From: Tubulanus polymorphus
Taxonomy: Eukaryota > Animalia > Nemertea
Reading direction: 5' to 3'
DNA length: 64,000 nucleotides
NCBI RefSeq assembly: GCF_964204645.1
Contig: NC_134027.1
Location: 13,672,485 to 13,736,484, forward strand
Numbering within the stretch: position 1 is the stretch's first letter; every line of letters starts with the position of its first letter. The notes under the pieces were generated by a model. The model did not search any database. It saw nothing but the letters and a program-made list of their open reading frames with translations, and was not told the origin of the DNA. Shown piece by piece: positions 12,401 through 27,400 of this stretch. The position numbers were made by a program, and so were the translations under genes.

Positions 12401-15400
12401 TCATACACAGAACAAAAATTATATCGAGGTAAGTCTTACGATTGTAAAGAATGTATTTATGTCAATAATATTTGTCAATTCATCCAAAAACTGTTTCGGA
12501 ATAAGTAAAGAACAGCAAAAAAGTCAGATTATCATATTACATTACTTTTAGCTGCCTCATAGATTGGCCACATTTGTTCTTTCATTTCAGAACCTTCTAC
12601 ATGCGATGAATTATATATTTGACTTGAAATATAAAAATGAATGGATAGTTATACAAAATAGTTCTGCTGGAGCAGAAGAGTTGATGATGTTGATGGAACG
12701 ATACTCTCATAAGCTGGCAATGAATATGGCTCCTACTCACTTTCCGGCTTTTGATATTGTTGTCTCACGTATAGGTACTTAAACATTTGTTCAGCCATCT
12801 ATAACAGTGTTGAGGGGTTTAAAGGGTAACTGACACTTTTTTAAAGATTTTCTACTTATTACACTAAACGATAGATAATAGGATAGATGATTTCATGATA
12901 AGAAAAATCTTTTCAATCTAGTCAGAATTGATGGTTTTGATGTTCAGTGTATACATTGATTCTGCTGAACATGTGGTACGTCATTGAAGGGACGGCTCGA
13001 AAATAAGAAATAATAAATAGGAAATAAGCTACAAGAGCAATTCAACTTAATTTTATACCTATTTGGCATTCGCCTCTTGATTTTGAAAGTCTACATAACA
13101 AAGATTAAAATAAGCTGTTGAACGGACCACATCCGTTCAAACTAAGCGCAAAAAATAGGATTTGAATAGCAATCCATGGCATTTTCTAGTAGACAGCAAG
13201 GAACACGGATGTATAAATCATCGTTTTAGATTATCATTAAGTGATAGTAAGTAAGATCATGATTATATCTAATACCAAGGATGTTTCGACTTATGAACTG
13301 ATGAATCTTAGACAGAATTACCGGCAGGAATAATTTCCATTCTTAGCTTGAAATACACGTCGTATTGGTAGCGGCTTTGGTCACGAAATTAGAATATTTC
13401 CTCATCCGTCCTATTTTTGACTAATGTTTGTGAAAGGTTTGTGATGTAATCTATCGAAACTCTTCTGCAGGGTAGAACCTCAATCGAAAAACATCATTCC
13501 TTTGAATGTTTGTTGTAATGGCTGTAGAAATTTATTGAAAGTTTTTGTAGAGTTTTGAAGTGTTAGTTTTCAAACTACTCAAGTCTTAAATGATTATGAA
13601 AAATAGTAAATAGTAAACGAATATGAATTTATTTATTCTTTAGTGAGATCGAAATCTTTGAGTGCGACACTGTATAGTACGCTTGTGGTGCTGAACTATA
13701 GGTGAACTATGGAACAGCAGTAACAGTGCTGAGAGCTTAGCATAGTGTACTTTAATAGCTTCATAGAAATCTGCATCTTCAATTTGATCGATTAAGCCTA
13801 TTCAAATTACTCATTGATTCTTTGAAATGGGTTTATGCAATAGACAATAGAGCCTTCTACCTCCCTGGCCAGTTTCAAAGCTGTAAAACAATCTTGCATT
13901 GAGATATAACAGAAAATACACGCTGTTTACTCAAAATTCAATGCATTTCTATAGACGCTATTTCTCAGCTGTCCCTTTAATCACGTTGTGGAGCGCACCT
14001 GCTGATTTAGCCGACGTTGAACAGTAAGCGATGTAAACAACGAAATGAGGTCAAAAATCATGTTACAAAATCACAAATTCCGCGTAAACTAAACAGAATT
14101 TTGGACAGAACGGTTGAAGATGAGTGTATAGATCAATAGAATACATCACATTTTGAAATTTAAAAAAAGTGTCAGTTACACACGGTTACACACCCTTTAA
14201 ACACGGCAGCCCGCCATGCTACGGCACTTTACCGCCACGCTAATAAGATATACGCCTTGCTTAAAAAAATTCTGCCATGCTTAAAAAAATTATTGGGAGT
14301 TTATTTACTTATTTGGCTTTCTAAGACTGTCAAGTTCACAGGCTCAATTTTATTACCGGTGCATTAGTAATTATATAAACACATTCTCATAGTTACTTCA
14401 TAAAGTCTCTATACATCAATTGTTATGTTTCGCGCAAGCGGAGTACACATTTTGCAGTGTAGGGCCTATAAATATCCAGGGATTTCCCCGTGTGTAAGAA
14501 ATAAAAGAAATCAATGCCAACAAAGGTCAGCCGCTGGTTCGAATAAGCGAACCAGCGGCTTCAATGTTTACTATACAAATGGAGCGAATTTAAATGACAT
14601 GGTTTCCAGAGTAAAGGCTCTTTGACTGTGCAACTGAGCATATATTCATACAAATCATTCATTAGAGCATTATCCATTCTCCAACCCCTATGAAAATGAA
14701 TTTTGAAAGAGGGCCTCGTTCAAATTCATATGAGCTTTTTTTGCGAAAATCTGATCGCAAAAATATCTTTTTTAAAAAGCCAATCAGAAAGCAAAGACTC
14801 CTCTATGATTGGCTTAGCCGCAGAGATTAGCAGGCGTTCACGTGAACCCGCATTATCGTCTACTGTTTTACTTCCGGGTCTTATTTTAAGATGACAGGCT
14901 GGCCCCCTTGGGGCTCTGGTTTTTTTTGGTTTACCTTTGTCAGCAGTATGAGGTTGGCATTGAGCCAATTCATGTAAAATCGGGGTACGTTTTTTTATTT
15001 GAGCATTCTTTTCATTGGTTCTCGGGTTAAACGACGTATAATCGATGCAATTGAAGACATGACGAACCTCCGTCGATGACATGGTCAACTCTGTTTAAAT
15101 TCGACGAAAAACTGTTTTTGGCGGGATAATTCTTAGCTCTTGCGTATAAAATTGCAATGACCTTGATTGGGGGGCGTCGTCTCTACGAGCGAATGTGATT
15201 GGATGTTTTTGGGATATACGGGGAATTCCGACCCTACAAAAATAATTATGGGGAAGCCATTTATGGCGAACGTTTCATTGGACTAAGTTTGAATTTTAAA
15301 TGCTCATTGCTGGTGAGAATATAATTATTTCACATATCGCCATAGGTATTGTTTCGTTTTAATACCCGTTGATTGAGATCGAAGTGAAGCGAGCGTTCAC

Positions 15401-18400
15401 TACACAAGGCCTCCACGTGCGCGGGACGGGAGTGCTAAACATTAGACTGTTGCACACACAAACACACGCTCATGCAGACTACTATATGGAGATGCAGTAA
15501 CGCTGCTTGGTGCGTGCACGTTTGGTATGATAACAGGCTGAATAATCGTCATAGCAGAAGATGAGCGCTGTGTTTTCTGTTTGATAAAATTTGTAATAAA
15601 TTGTAATTTCTTGTGACCTGTAAATACTAAGCACCAAACTATAGGTATAGGTCGAGGTCTGACTATTGTAGCGGTAAATTCCAGGATTTAAAACGATCTA
15701 ATACTACGCCCTGTTGTTTTAGCTTCCGCGGCCATACATTGGCAGGCGCGGATCCAGGGCCATACAGTGACTACAGCACAGTGAAAAAGGGCACCAACTT
15801 TGAAAAGGGCCAGTATTAATGCCCAGCGAGCGAGTTTGAGTGCAATCGTATCATGCCACTAAATGTGTCTTCACATTCAATTCGCTTTTAGCCTTTTTTA
15901 GATATTTGGTCAAAATTTGCCTTTTCTGGATTAAATTTATAGAGCGACAATAATTTCTTTTTTAGAATAGTGCCCTTTTGAGTAAAAATGCCTTAGATTG
16001 CCTTTTATGATTTTGGGCAATTTATTTCATCCACATTTCGCTTTAGGCCTTGTACAGAAAGGCAATTATTTTTTTATGACGCACAAATTGTGTGCCCTTT
16101 TATTTACTTTTTTCCCGAAACATAAATTTTTCAAGGGCATCTGAAAACTGCGACTACCGCACATGCTGCATGTGCGATAGTCTGGATCCGCGCCTGATTG
16201 GAAGAGGTTTCATTTCCAAGACTCAATATTCAGCCACCCTCTGATATATATGTGACATCATATGAATTTTATTTGAATATTTTTTCATATTGTGAAATTA
16301 TTTTTATTTAAATATAAAATAGTTTCCAATGCCGCGTCTACCTGTACCCTACGAAATTTTGGACGTAGACCATAAACAAATGTTTATCTTTGGTCTTACT
16401 TGACTACAAAATAATTCTTTAAGAAAAATAAAATACAATATAAACTTCTAGAACTTTGAAGTCATGAATTAAAAAGATTAATAAATGCTTCCTAAACTTT
16501 TATGATAAAATTGAAATATTTTAATAGATATGAGCACATGGAACTATATTTAATGCACGTAAGCCTACCGATATATGGCAGAAAAGTGCCTCGAGCAAAC
16601 TACCAACGATCGCCTTTGAGCACCTAGAAATATGAAATGTTTTCGGGGGATTCCTGAAAAGGGCTAGGGTCTTAGGTGCTTGTCTACTACGTTCCGCCAT
16701 GCTTAGATTTCGACCCAGCGAGAACACTGAACTTCAAGGTCTTTGTATACGGACATCAGGAAGCACTGAATAGCCAAATAACTTAGTATTTTTATATTGG
16801 ATTGGTACCTAGGCATATTTTGTCACCACAATCTCATAATTGTAGCTCATGACAGCTTTGGTTTTTGTAACCAGGGGTTGTGGGATAATGAAATATGTCA
16901 ATATGTATTTGTACCTTGACATATCTTGTTTCCATTATCATTTGCCAATTTCTTGCTCATGACGTGCTCTAAATTATGGCAAATTACAGTTACAAGGTCA
17001 TTGGTGTCTATATGTTCACTAGAGGGTGTCGAAAAGCGGAGTAACATATTACGCGTATTCCTATAGAAAGTGGTGGTTGGGCATATTTTGTAACCGCAAT
17101 CGCAGTTGCAGAATTGGAATTTTGTAGCTCATTCACCAGAATGTGTTGTATGACTAAATGAATAACATTGCATTTCTATATAACTGAATCTATACTATTA
17201 AGCAGAACGGACAGTATTTACTGCGACACATTATAGGGAAATTAATGCATGCATTGAAACGTCCTTTTACTGATGCTTAATACCAGTTTTTCCTGTCATG
17301 TAGTTACCGTATTTTCCGGCCAATAAGCCGATTTTCTAGCCTCAGATTTTTACCCAAAATATCGTGATCGGCTTATTGGGCGGATACGATCTGACGTAAA
17401 AAATCACTTCCCGATCTATGCCACTCTAATGCTCTCAATGATCGTCAAAATCAAGAAAAGTGGTCGATATTTATTTGAGGTCATTATTTACTACCAAGTA
17501 TAATCTATTTTGAACTATTTTATTTTTACTTTGATTGTTCCATCACCGCACAGCGGCAATGGTATACATTTATAGAACGCGCGAGTTCATCGTACTACCA
17601 CGTGTCAGTTCATACATTAGTATATATGCAAATCAGCAGTGAGCTGCGTACTGCGTGTATGGCTGTGTGTATAGTAATCAGCTGAGTGAGTCTATATATA
17701 GCACAGTCACTCGGCGATGATAGTATACACAGCACTCTCACACATCGGCGGGCGCTACTGTCGGCCTCTTAAATCGTCAATTAAGACGAACTAATTGACA
17801 AATCAGTGAATTAAAATCTCTGATGAAGGGCCTCGGCTTATTGGGCGAAGCTTTATGAAATCCATGTATTTTAGGCTAAAAAACTGCCCTCGGCTTATTG
17901 GCCGAGTCGGCTTATTGGCCGGAAAATACGGTACATGTTTCAAACAGATTGGTGGTCCGAGGGAGTCACAATATCCATTCTAACCCGGGCTAAAATTCGG
18001 TTAAAAAAGATGTGTTTGCCATCTAACAGTAAAGTACCGTACTATCGTAATTTACTGACCTGCAGCATCAGAACAGTACATGATGACACAGTTTTCTCAA
18101 CACTGATTTGTGCCTCAGTTGTTTAAAACATTGGTTAAGACATTCATCACACGTAATCTTTGGATCAAATTTAATATGATTGGACTTACTGATATGTTCT
18201 GACCATGTTGCGGGTCCATACATACGCAGCGTCTCAGAATGGTTCTTGAAGGTGGACAGGCCCATTGGGCAGTTTTTCAGATTGGTTCCATACCACAGTT
18301 AGGTTACTGACAGATATGGAGGCCCAAACGCAGCCTCTTGGGATGGCTCTGGGGGCTGCTGATGAGTGCGTTCGTGGTAAATTTTGTGAGAGAGAATTCA

Positions 18401-21400
18401 AATAGTACATACAGTTTTTGGGGAAGGGTAAACAAATATAATGTAAAACTTTGTACAGGGAGGGGGTCAAAGCAAAATGTACGTACTATTCTGACAGGAG
18501 CTCTCTTAAGAGAATGTATTTATATACGAGAGATATCAAAGAAATAATGTCAAACAGTAATACAAAATACAGAATCCTAATATCATCGTCGAGCGACTAT
18601 CTCGGCAATTTTCAATTAATAGTCCCTCAATTTAAGCATAATATCATTCAATTTGCGAATGGAGGGGCTTTTTAAATGAACGTACGGGTGGTGTGGCCAA
18701 TATAGAAAGTACAAAGATCGAATGAGGAAGGGCCTAAAAACGGCTGGGAAAGAATTTACTGTTAATTATTTGAATGATAGGTTTTGTACCACAGACAGGT
18801 CAGACGGGGTAGGGGGTGTGGGGTTGGTTCCTAGAACTCTAAACATGTGAAGCATTTAGATTCATTTCCCGGCCAATATTAATGAATGATTTTCGTTAGC
18901 AAAAAATAACAGGATTCTGCATTTATGTGCCATCCATTGGACGGGTATTCAGCTAGTATGTATAGTAATGCATATGAATAATCACAACAATCAATTGCAA
19001 AATCATAAGATATTACTACTTCTATGATTGACTTCCATGAGTATGAAGCTTTTTTTTAATGATATGATTAGTTCAACAAGGGTTGTGTAATATTGAAAAA
19101 GTTATATTGTCAGGGTTTTCGCCAAGTGAGCATAGTGTCCCCGAACCTCTAGTTGGATTTTGGATTGGTTCAGTATTTACAGCACCTTAGGACAATTAAA
19201 GAACAGGCTTCAGATAAGTTTTAGGGTACTGTAGATCTGAAAATACAAATTTTGATTCTTTGTCATACGGTTTTTATGGTTGAAGACCATATAGCAGGGT
19301 TCGTAGCGGGCCTTGAAATCCTTGAATAGCCTTGAATTGTCAAGAGGAAATACAAGGCCTTGAAAAGCTTTGAATTTAGGACTTTGGTCTTGAAGATTGA
19401 TTCTAGGGAAAAATGTCGCAAATCTGTAGATTTATGACTGTTTTTTTGTAATGATGGAAATTTTGATAACAGCGCATGGGTGACGATGTCTAATGCATGG
19501 TATATAAATCGTATTGATTCCTTGTTTTATCCTTCGAGACCCATGTTGTACAGTAGATGTCTATTTGAGTCATTGAGGAAATCCACTACTATGTATATTC
19601 ATGATGAATCATCATTCAGTTGTGTTATTACTGCATGTATAGTGCTTTTCATGAAGATGTCAATTGACTTAGACCATGAATCCCCTATGAAATCCCGCCA
19701 AAAACATCTGGTTGGTGTTTACATCAGATTTTATTTTTAAAAAAGATGTTTTTCTTGGTATTTCCATCTTAATTATTTGCAAAAAGTAAGTTTTCTTCCA
19801 CCATTTGAATTCAACCCAATACAGTTTTCACACTTTTTTTCCGTTATATTTCCAAGAAAATCTGTATTGCAACCAATTAAAACGTCATTAGTGTAGGCAT
19901 TCAGTCACCGGCTCAAAATTATTAAATTTCTTGAAGTTGCTATAGTTGGCCGTGTCAGTGAATATCAGTGAATTCAGGTCAGCAGTGGCACAATGAACCC
20001 TGTTAAAGTTTTTTTGATTGTTTTTGAATCGATGAAGCGAGGAAATATTGCATTTTTGCGCAGTTCATGGTTCACACTGACTGTGAGAGGATCGGTAGAT
20101 TATTGTATCTGCGCGATTCATCGCTAGCCTGGATTTTATTTCTTGAAAGCACTGTGAGTGAGGGATTTTCTTCATGAAAATTATCAGTAATGCCAGCCGG
20201 TAACACATGTCTACGCAAACTATGCCATTCTGTACTCTGGGGAATACTCCAAGTTAGTATGTGAAGTAGGCTAGAGACAGCAGTGCTGTATACACACAGC
20301 GAGACAAGCGGCTGCTTCCCGCAAATGCCGGCCGACTCAGATTGACTGATGAAAAAGAGCCTTTTCCGCACGTGTAGTAGAAAAAAAAGATATAATGGGA
20401 AACGCAGGGTTCCCGTGAGCTCGTTAAAAATGTGCCGGGATGTCTTTATTGGGGAAGAAATTATATGAATGTGTTTCACAATTCCTCAAAGAATTTTTCA
20501 TGATTTGGAAAAAAAATAGGACCATTTTTGACTGGGGGAATTGTCTTTTTAACGGTTAAAAAAAATTGCTTCACGAAAACCCTGGAAACGTGAATTTGTT
20601 TACATTGATAAAACTGACATCTCATGCATTCACTCAAATTCAAAGACTGTCTTCAACCATATGGACCTTATGGTCCTCTTGTATAATTTGCCAGTTTTTT
20701 TTTTTTAATTCTGTACATGTTCTATCTATTTCAGTACTTGGTGTGGATATGATAACTGATAGCACAAATGAAATCAGGATTCCAAAGTATGATAATAAAC
20801 CCCAAAACCCAAAGATGTTTGATAATTTCACGAAAATAGTGATTTCTGCTTCTCAACTATTCACAAAAAATGGTGAGTTCTCATTCTACCATCTAAACTA
20901 AACTTCAGTACAACCAGTATCTATAAAGTTGAAAATCTAAAATTTGAATATTGGTCCGGTCGGTCAGTCGGTCGCTAGGTCATTTGATGAATAGAGTTTA
21001 TCATTTAAACACCGAAATAATATCAGCGCACCAGGTAGTGTACACCCACTGTTTTCCGCAGTGATAACACCACGCACAGTATACGGATATCTGTAATCCA
21101 AGCAATGCTGAGAACTATTCTTAAGTAATTAAAGATGGCATAAAGTGTTGTCAATTGAACTCATTTTTAGCATTGGTTGATGTCTATGACGTCATGCCAA
21201 TGCTAGTAAAATGGATCGAAAAATAGTTGTACGAAAAAATAGCGCCCACTCTTATGATTTTTATAGTAACTTCAAATTGTCACTCCATTCACCTAAAACA
21301 TTAGAAACAGCTGAAAATGACAGAAAATAATTTTTTTCCACAACATAGCATCGCCAGATTTCTGATTTAATGGTGCAAAAAAGTTATTCTATCGCATTTT

Positions 21401-24400
21401 TCTCGTAAGTTATCTGGTGGATGAGTGGGGGTTAAGCAATCGCGTAGTGATATGTCCGCATTGGCATTGGCAGTAAATAATGGGGAATGACCTCTTATGA
21501 ATAGAAAACCATAAATCTATGTACCCCGGTATGTAAATATCATAAATCTTTAAATATCATTAAAGATTAATTGGGAATTAAAGATTAATTGGGATTAAAT
21601 CTCAGCGGCAGCATACATATTACTAGAGCAGTGGAATGGTAGGCCTATTCATGACTGAAACCCATAGGTAACTTATGTGATCGCGCGGGAAGGTCATGAG
21701 TAAAGTTAAAACCATTTCATGATGACATGAATCATCAAACGGTAAACTAGGCTACCACCCATGATACAATATCACCAATAAAGATAGATCATTTTATTCA
21801 ATTTTACCAGAGTTGTTTATTGGAGAAGAGTATCATTGTTAAGTACGCCGAGAACAACCATGTTGTATCATCAATCAGTTGACTGACAGTTTATTGTAAA
21901 ATTCCATCGGTACGGCCATACGGCCTAAGATATGTTTTCACTTTAAGATGCACTGGCCACCTCGTGCGCGCTCACGAGGCAGTAGCAGCCCTGTACGCAC
22001 TCGGCAGATGGATTCACTTTGTAATGTGCACCAGGTTCGGGAAAAATAACTTTTATTATCTTTTCCATGCATTGAACACCACATCAGTGATTAAATTTAC
22101 ACGTTGTTTGTCGTAAATTGCAATATTGCGATGGTTATTTGCCGCTGCTGTGGTTTTTTGGAATTGAATCAAGCAGCCTCGGTAGCTCAGTGTCAGTGAG
22201 ATAAGGCATGATGCTGTTATGAGTGCAAGTGGGTTCGAGTCCTGCTGGCTGAATGCAGTGTGCAGGCAACACTTCAAAGGCCGTCCCGTCATGAGGTTAA
22301 ATGAACAATTCAATAGGATTAGTCTTGGCAAACCAAACGACGTAAAGCCAAACAAACGATCATCAGCCTGTCTCAGTGACAACAACGCCGGCATCGCTCT
22401 CTGTGCGATATTTTGCATGCGCACGTTTGACCGATTGATCTACATATGCATCACAGGATTTTGCATTCAGAAAAAATCGTCCTGTTTTTGTTTTCATTAT
22501 TCAGTAGGGCCTAAGAGATTATCCTTGCAGTACGTCGTTGATACGTATCTTGTGTAGGCAAAAGTGCTGAAATTGTTGTATTAAATGGGTTTTGTATCCA
22601 AATCTTGATTAATATGAATTAATATGATTGCGAGTCGATCTTAGCTTGGACATGATGGAAAACATAAGAACAAACTAGTTTCGTCTTGTTGCAGAATTGC
22701 ATTAATGAGGTTTAACAATACAAAGAGCCTAGGCTAAATCGTTCGGCAGAAAAATGAAATCCATTTTCAGCATAAATGAAAATCATATAACACAAATTGA
22801 ACTTAAATGTCAAGTGCTCTCTAATTCATACTTTATGAGATTTACTTTCCAAATGATGCTTAAGTATATAAATATCGACCTGGGATCAGCCTTATAGAAA
22901 AAAAATCACTTATTTATCTTAAATTAGTAAAATTAAATAACTGGATCATTGACCTATATAACGTATGCACCTCTGCCGCAGCCGCGTGTCAGCGCCACAT
23001 TCATGCGTCATCTTTGCCAAACAAACATACCCTACACGTGTGTGAACTCGGCCTATATATAAAATCTATAAAACAACATCATTTCTTCACTCTATTCACA
23101 GCTCTACTGCTGGCTATCCATTGTATGTTTGTTGTGTTATGTATAACAGTATCAATGCTATACATCAGAAAGAATTTAGGAATCTAAACAACTTCTAAAA
23201 GGATTAAATACGCTACAAATGGTGATCATGCGGTGCGGGATTCAGAGTTGCCACTTCTCCGGATTTCTCCGGAATTCCGGATTTAAAAAAAATCCAATTT
23301 CATTTTCGGGAGAAGTCAAATAACCACAAAAGAAAACATCGCGAAAAAAATAAAATCAATTCGGGATTCGACCCTAAACATCAAAACGTGACGGCTCCGT
23401 AGAGGGTTCGAAAAAGCCGTATTGTGCTGCCACGTAGTGGCAACAACCCCGCAGTACACGATTAAACCAAGATGATGCGACGATCGAAATCGACTGACGC
23501 TTCGTTTGTTTTTGGCTCTGGTTTATATATGAGGTGTATTTGACGGAACCAATCACTATTTGAAAAAATGATCTATAGGCAGTAATGAAAGTGAGGCCTA
23601 TAACGCGTATTGCGCCAGAACGCATCTCCTGGCATTCTAATTTTGAAAAATTTTTCCGGGGGAGGGCCCCCAGACCCGCCGACTTATTTTCCGGATTTTT
23701 AGCTTCACATAAGTGGCAACTCTGGGGATTAGAGACTGGAAACTGTTGGATTATTTCAGATGTACACTGCTTATTTCACCACGGATTGTTTTAAAATCTA
23801 TCTAATAAAGCTCAGTTCATTGTTTTAAATCAAACCTATTAGTTTGCCATAGCTTTGGTATTCATTAAGGCTGGCTTATGTCGACAAGCAACGCGACGCC
23901 TACCGACGCAACTGGGTTTATCGCCGATTAGCGGCCTACGAGAGGCCGCCAGTTGCTGCTCCATCGGTTCGACATAAGCCGGCTTGTGACGGCAACGCGA
24001 CGCCTACCGACTCGTCGCAAGCCGTATCCGGCTAGTTGCCCATGTTCTACCCTGGCCTACGGTAGGCGGGCAGTTGCTTTCGATCGCAGCCGACATAAGC
24101 TCATCTGCGACGCGACGGAACTGAGCGCAGGGGTTCCAGACAATGAGAGAACGCATATACATAGTACAAATTATCACCGCTAGTTAGCCTCATTCGTAAT
24201 TAGTCATAAACTTTCAAATTCAAGTTGTTCAAAACGTAACCAAACCTTCAGCACGGCAGAGGACTGGACCGAAGATCTAGAAACGAAATTGGTAGAATTA
24301 TGGTGTGAGCGGCCATCTTTATATATGTCGCTAGCACGTTGTATTCAAAACAGAATCAGAAAGATCAAAGTCTTAAAGAAATAGCTTTTCTAATAGAAAT

Positions 24401-27400
24401 ATATTTCCTAATAATTCAAATTTATTCTCAAAATGCTTATCACGTGACCATTTGAGCCGTTGCAGTTGCTAGTAATCGCAACCGACATAAGCAGGGAAGC
24501 AACTGGGAGGATCTCATATCCCGCTAGTCGGCCTCAGTTGCTGCGAATCGGAGTGCAGTCGACATAAGCTGGGTTGCGATCGCGGTTGCTCTCAGTTGCG
24601 TCGGTAGGAGTTGCGTTGCTTGTCGACATAAGCCAGCCTTTAAGCGCACCAACAGTTTGTTAATGTTCAGTGGAACAACGTGCGTGGAAATGTGTGTTTG
24701 ACTACAATGACGTCAGCGATCGTGGGTTTTTCACAGCAAACGCGCACCTGCTGTGTACGGCAAACTGGTGAAAATGGCCGACTTTAAAGTCTTATTTCTC
24801 AATAATGGCTTTACTAAAATCAGAATTAGTAACACACTTATCATTTATACACATATCACATTTAGAAAATAGGTTTTATACAATATTAGAGGGCACTTGA
24901 CCGTTAAGTCTGTGGTCCTCCGAATCAACATTGCCATAGAACATTTGCCGGCAGATGTAATACATTTACCACTTAATACCTAAACCACAGTATAATCTAC
25001 CAATGCTTCAAGGCCCCTTGGGCCTCTTGTTATGTCCCTGCGTTAGCGATCGTTGAAGCCCGATTATCTGTATTTAGTTTGCAATACTGGTGATTTTTAT
25101 ATTTTTCATTCTTAGTGCACGACGCGAGTCGATTGCATTGTCAGCAATATCATGTTAACCGTTTATGTATCAATTACATGTAGTAATAGATAACGCTTCC
25201 GTCGGAGTGTTTTTACCACATGCACTCAGCCATGCATCAACAGACCCACATTTTTTCCAATGGTCATGCGAAGACATGGTGTCACATTTAAAAACGTTTA
25301 AAGCTTAGGCCTAGATTGCTTTGCTATTAAAAGATATCCTATCATGAAACTATTGGAAGTCACATTCAGTTGATGAACTTGATTTCAACAGTGACCGGCC
25401 GGCCTGGTTTAATATGTACTGGCCTGAAATTAGAAAAACTAATATAGCTCAATTACAATTCTCTAGCTCTGCTGTGACCATCTTGGCCATCCGTCAACTT
25501 TTGCTTCAATTTCCTACTAGGGCTACAGTTCTTTTCTAATCTTGACCAAACTTGGTATGAAGCTAATATGGGCCATGGGCTACAAAGTTATAGAGCCGTT
25601 TTCCCTTTTTGATCTTTAGGGGGCGCTACGCGTGGCACTTGTAAAATCTTTAAATTGCTACTAGTCCTACAATTATAATCCGATGTTGACGAAACTCGGT
25701 ATATAGATACAACAGGCAAAGAGACAAAATGTTATTGGGCCGTTTTCCAAATTTGACCTTCAGGGGGTGCTGTACAGGTCACACTTGCAGAATCTTTAAC
25801 TCGCTGCCTGCCCTACAATTATAATCCGATGATGATGAAACTTGGTATATAGATACTATGAGCCAAGGGCTAAAAAATAATAAAGCCGTTTTCCAAATTT
25901 TACCCGTAGAGGGTGCTGTACAGGTGACACTTCAATCTTTCAATTGCTACTTGTCCTACAATCATCCGATCTTGGTATGTAGGGTGAAGGGCAAAGGGCT
26001 AAAAAGTTTTAGAGCCGTTTTCTGGATTTGAATACTTGAGCGCGCTGTACAGGTGGTCCTTGTAAAATCTTATAAAACAGCAGAGCTGTATGAGCTGACA
26101 GACTGCTCGTCTACATATCCATCATAATACCTCAAAAATAAAGTAAAGCATGGAATTCAACCGTTTTACCAGTATTTCAGGTCATTTAGACAACTCAGGG
26201 TTGCGTTGATATTGTAGTGCATATCATTGTTGGCATTAGCTGCTTCATGTACACTGAGGGCAAACATGATTGAGGTTCCAAGACCTCCCTTAAAAGCTAC
26301 CAAACATACTTAGTCTTGGTTATTAATGGTAATGACTGTGTGACCGAGTGTTCTGGTCTTGAATGAGTTAAGACTGCCCTTTTCATATAAGGGGGGCCAA
26401 ATACCATTCATCAAACCATCAACCCGAACTGTTGATTAAATGTGGAGTGGCTGCCTATCTACAAGCTCGTGTCCTTTTGCAATATCTCTTTGTACAGGGA
26501 ATAGTTTGCTGAATAATTTTGGCTCAAATAATGTTGCTGTTGGCTATGTGCTGTACAAAACACTTGGTGAAATTCTGCCAAAGTCTTACAAGTCTTCAGT
26601 TAGGTATGTATGTTTCTAATTCATTTTCATTGCCTTATTAGTTACTCATCTAAAATATCAAATTCTGAACAGATTTCGGGCCAAGTAAGTTTCCATATTA
26701 GCCTTCAAAATGCTAGTTGTATTTTGGAGGCCAGCTGTAGGCTGAGCCTCTTGCTTTTGAATAGAAGCTAATTTATATGGTGTGGTTTCCACATAAATGG
26801 AACCTTTTCACTGAGAGCTTTTTCACTGTGTAACTGAGCATTCATACAATTCCTGCATTGAAGAGCTTTCATCTCTAATTCATAGGTTCAACTTCAGAAT
26901 GTCAACTTCAAAAGCCAGTGAGTGAATCCTTCTCTTTGATAGGGTTACATAGATTAAATGGGATGTGTAGAACATACTGACTGAATATGGAGAGCTCGCT
27001 TTGGTTTAGGGCTGGGAGACTGGCCTGATTTTGAAACCTTTATGTGCACATATGCCAATTCACATGCGTGAGACTCGGTGTGTTACTTTGCCACCAGGGC
27101 TTATGCACGTAACATATAGAATCTTAAAAAATAGAGTTCTGGGTTGGCCCATGGCCCTCGCAGATCATGTTACCCCATCTTGTAACCCCTACGGTAAATA
27201 AAACTTATTGCTAGGTACTATAATAAGGAACTGGGCCAACCAGTGGTCCTGGAATTCCCATCCTTACTGGAAACAAAATTTCGTTTGGAAAAAATGAATT
27301 AGTCAGAAAAAAGTTTGTGTTTATTGCCTTACACATCTATTTATTGGTATCAGTATGTTGGATATGATCTGTAGAATGCATAAAAAAATTGGATGAGCCA

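Larger units (their letters stand above)
22807..24903. mobile_element. Kolobok-like non-autonomous element nested in HINE A
   Basis: TTAA TSD; TIR atgtcaagtgctctctaat / attagagggcacttgaccg. Confidence 0.7.
21166..25031 (+). mobile_element. HINE family A, copy 2, with nested insertions
   Basis: Same termini and body as 1895-3809. Confidence 0.78.

Noticed and set aside
12805-16729. Large hAT-like element cagtgtt...aacactg
   Set aside because: Only a 7-bp terminal match and the putative 8-bp TSD matches 5 of 8; plausible but unsupported
17819-17850. CTGATGA as a hammerhead (also near 63068 and 63427)
   Set aside because: No stem II or GAAA partner
19111-20584. TIR element cagggttttcg...cgaaaaccctg
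   Set aside because: 11-bp match but no TSD; the interior is a mosaic of other repeats
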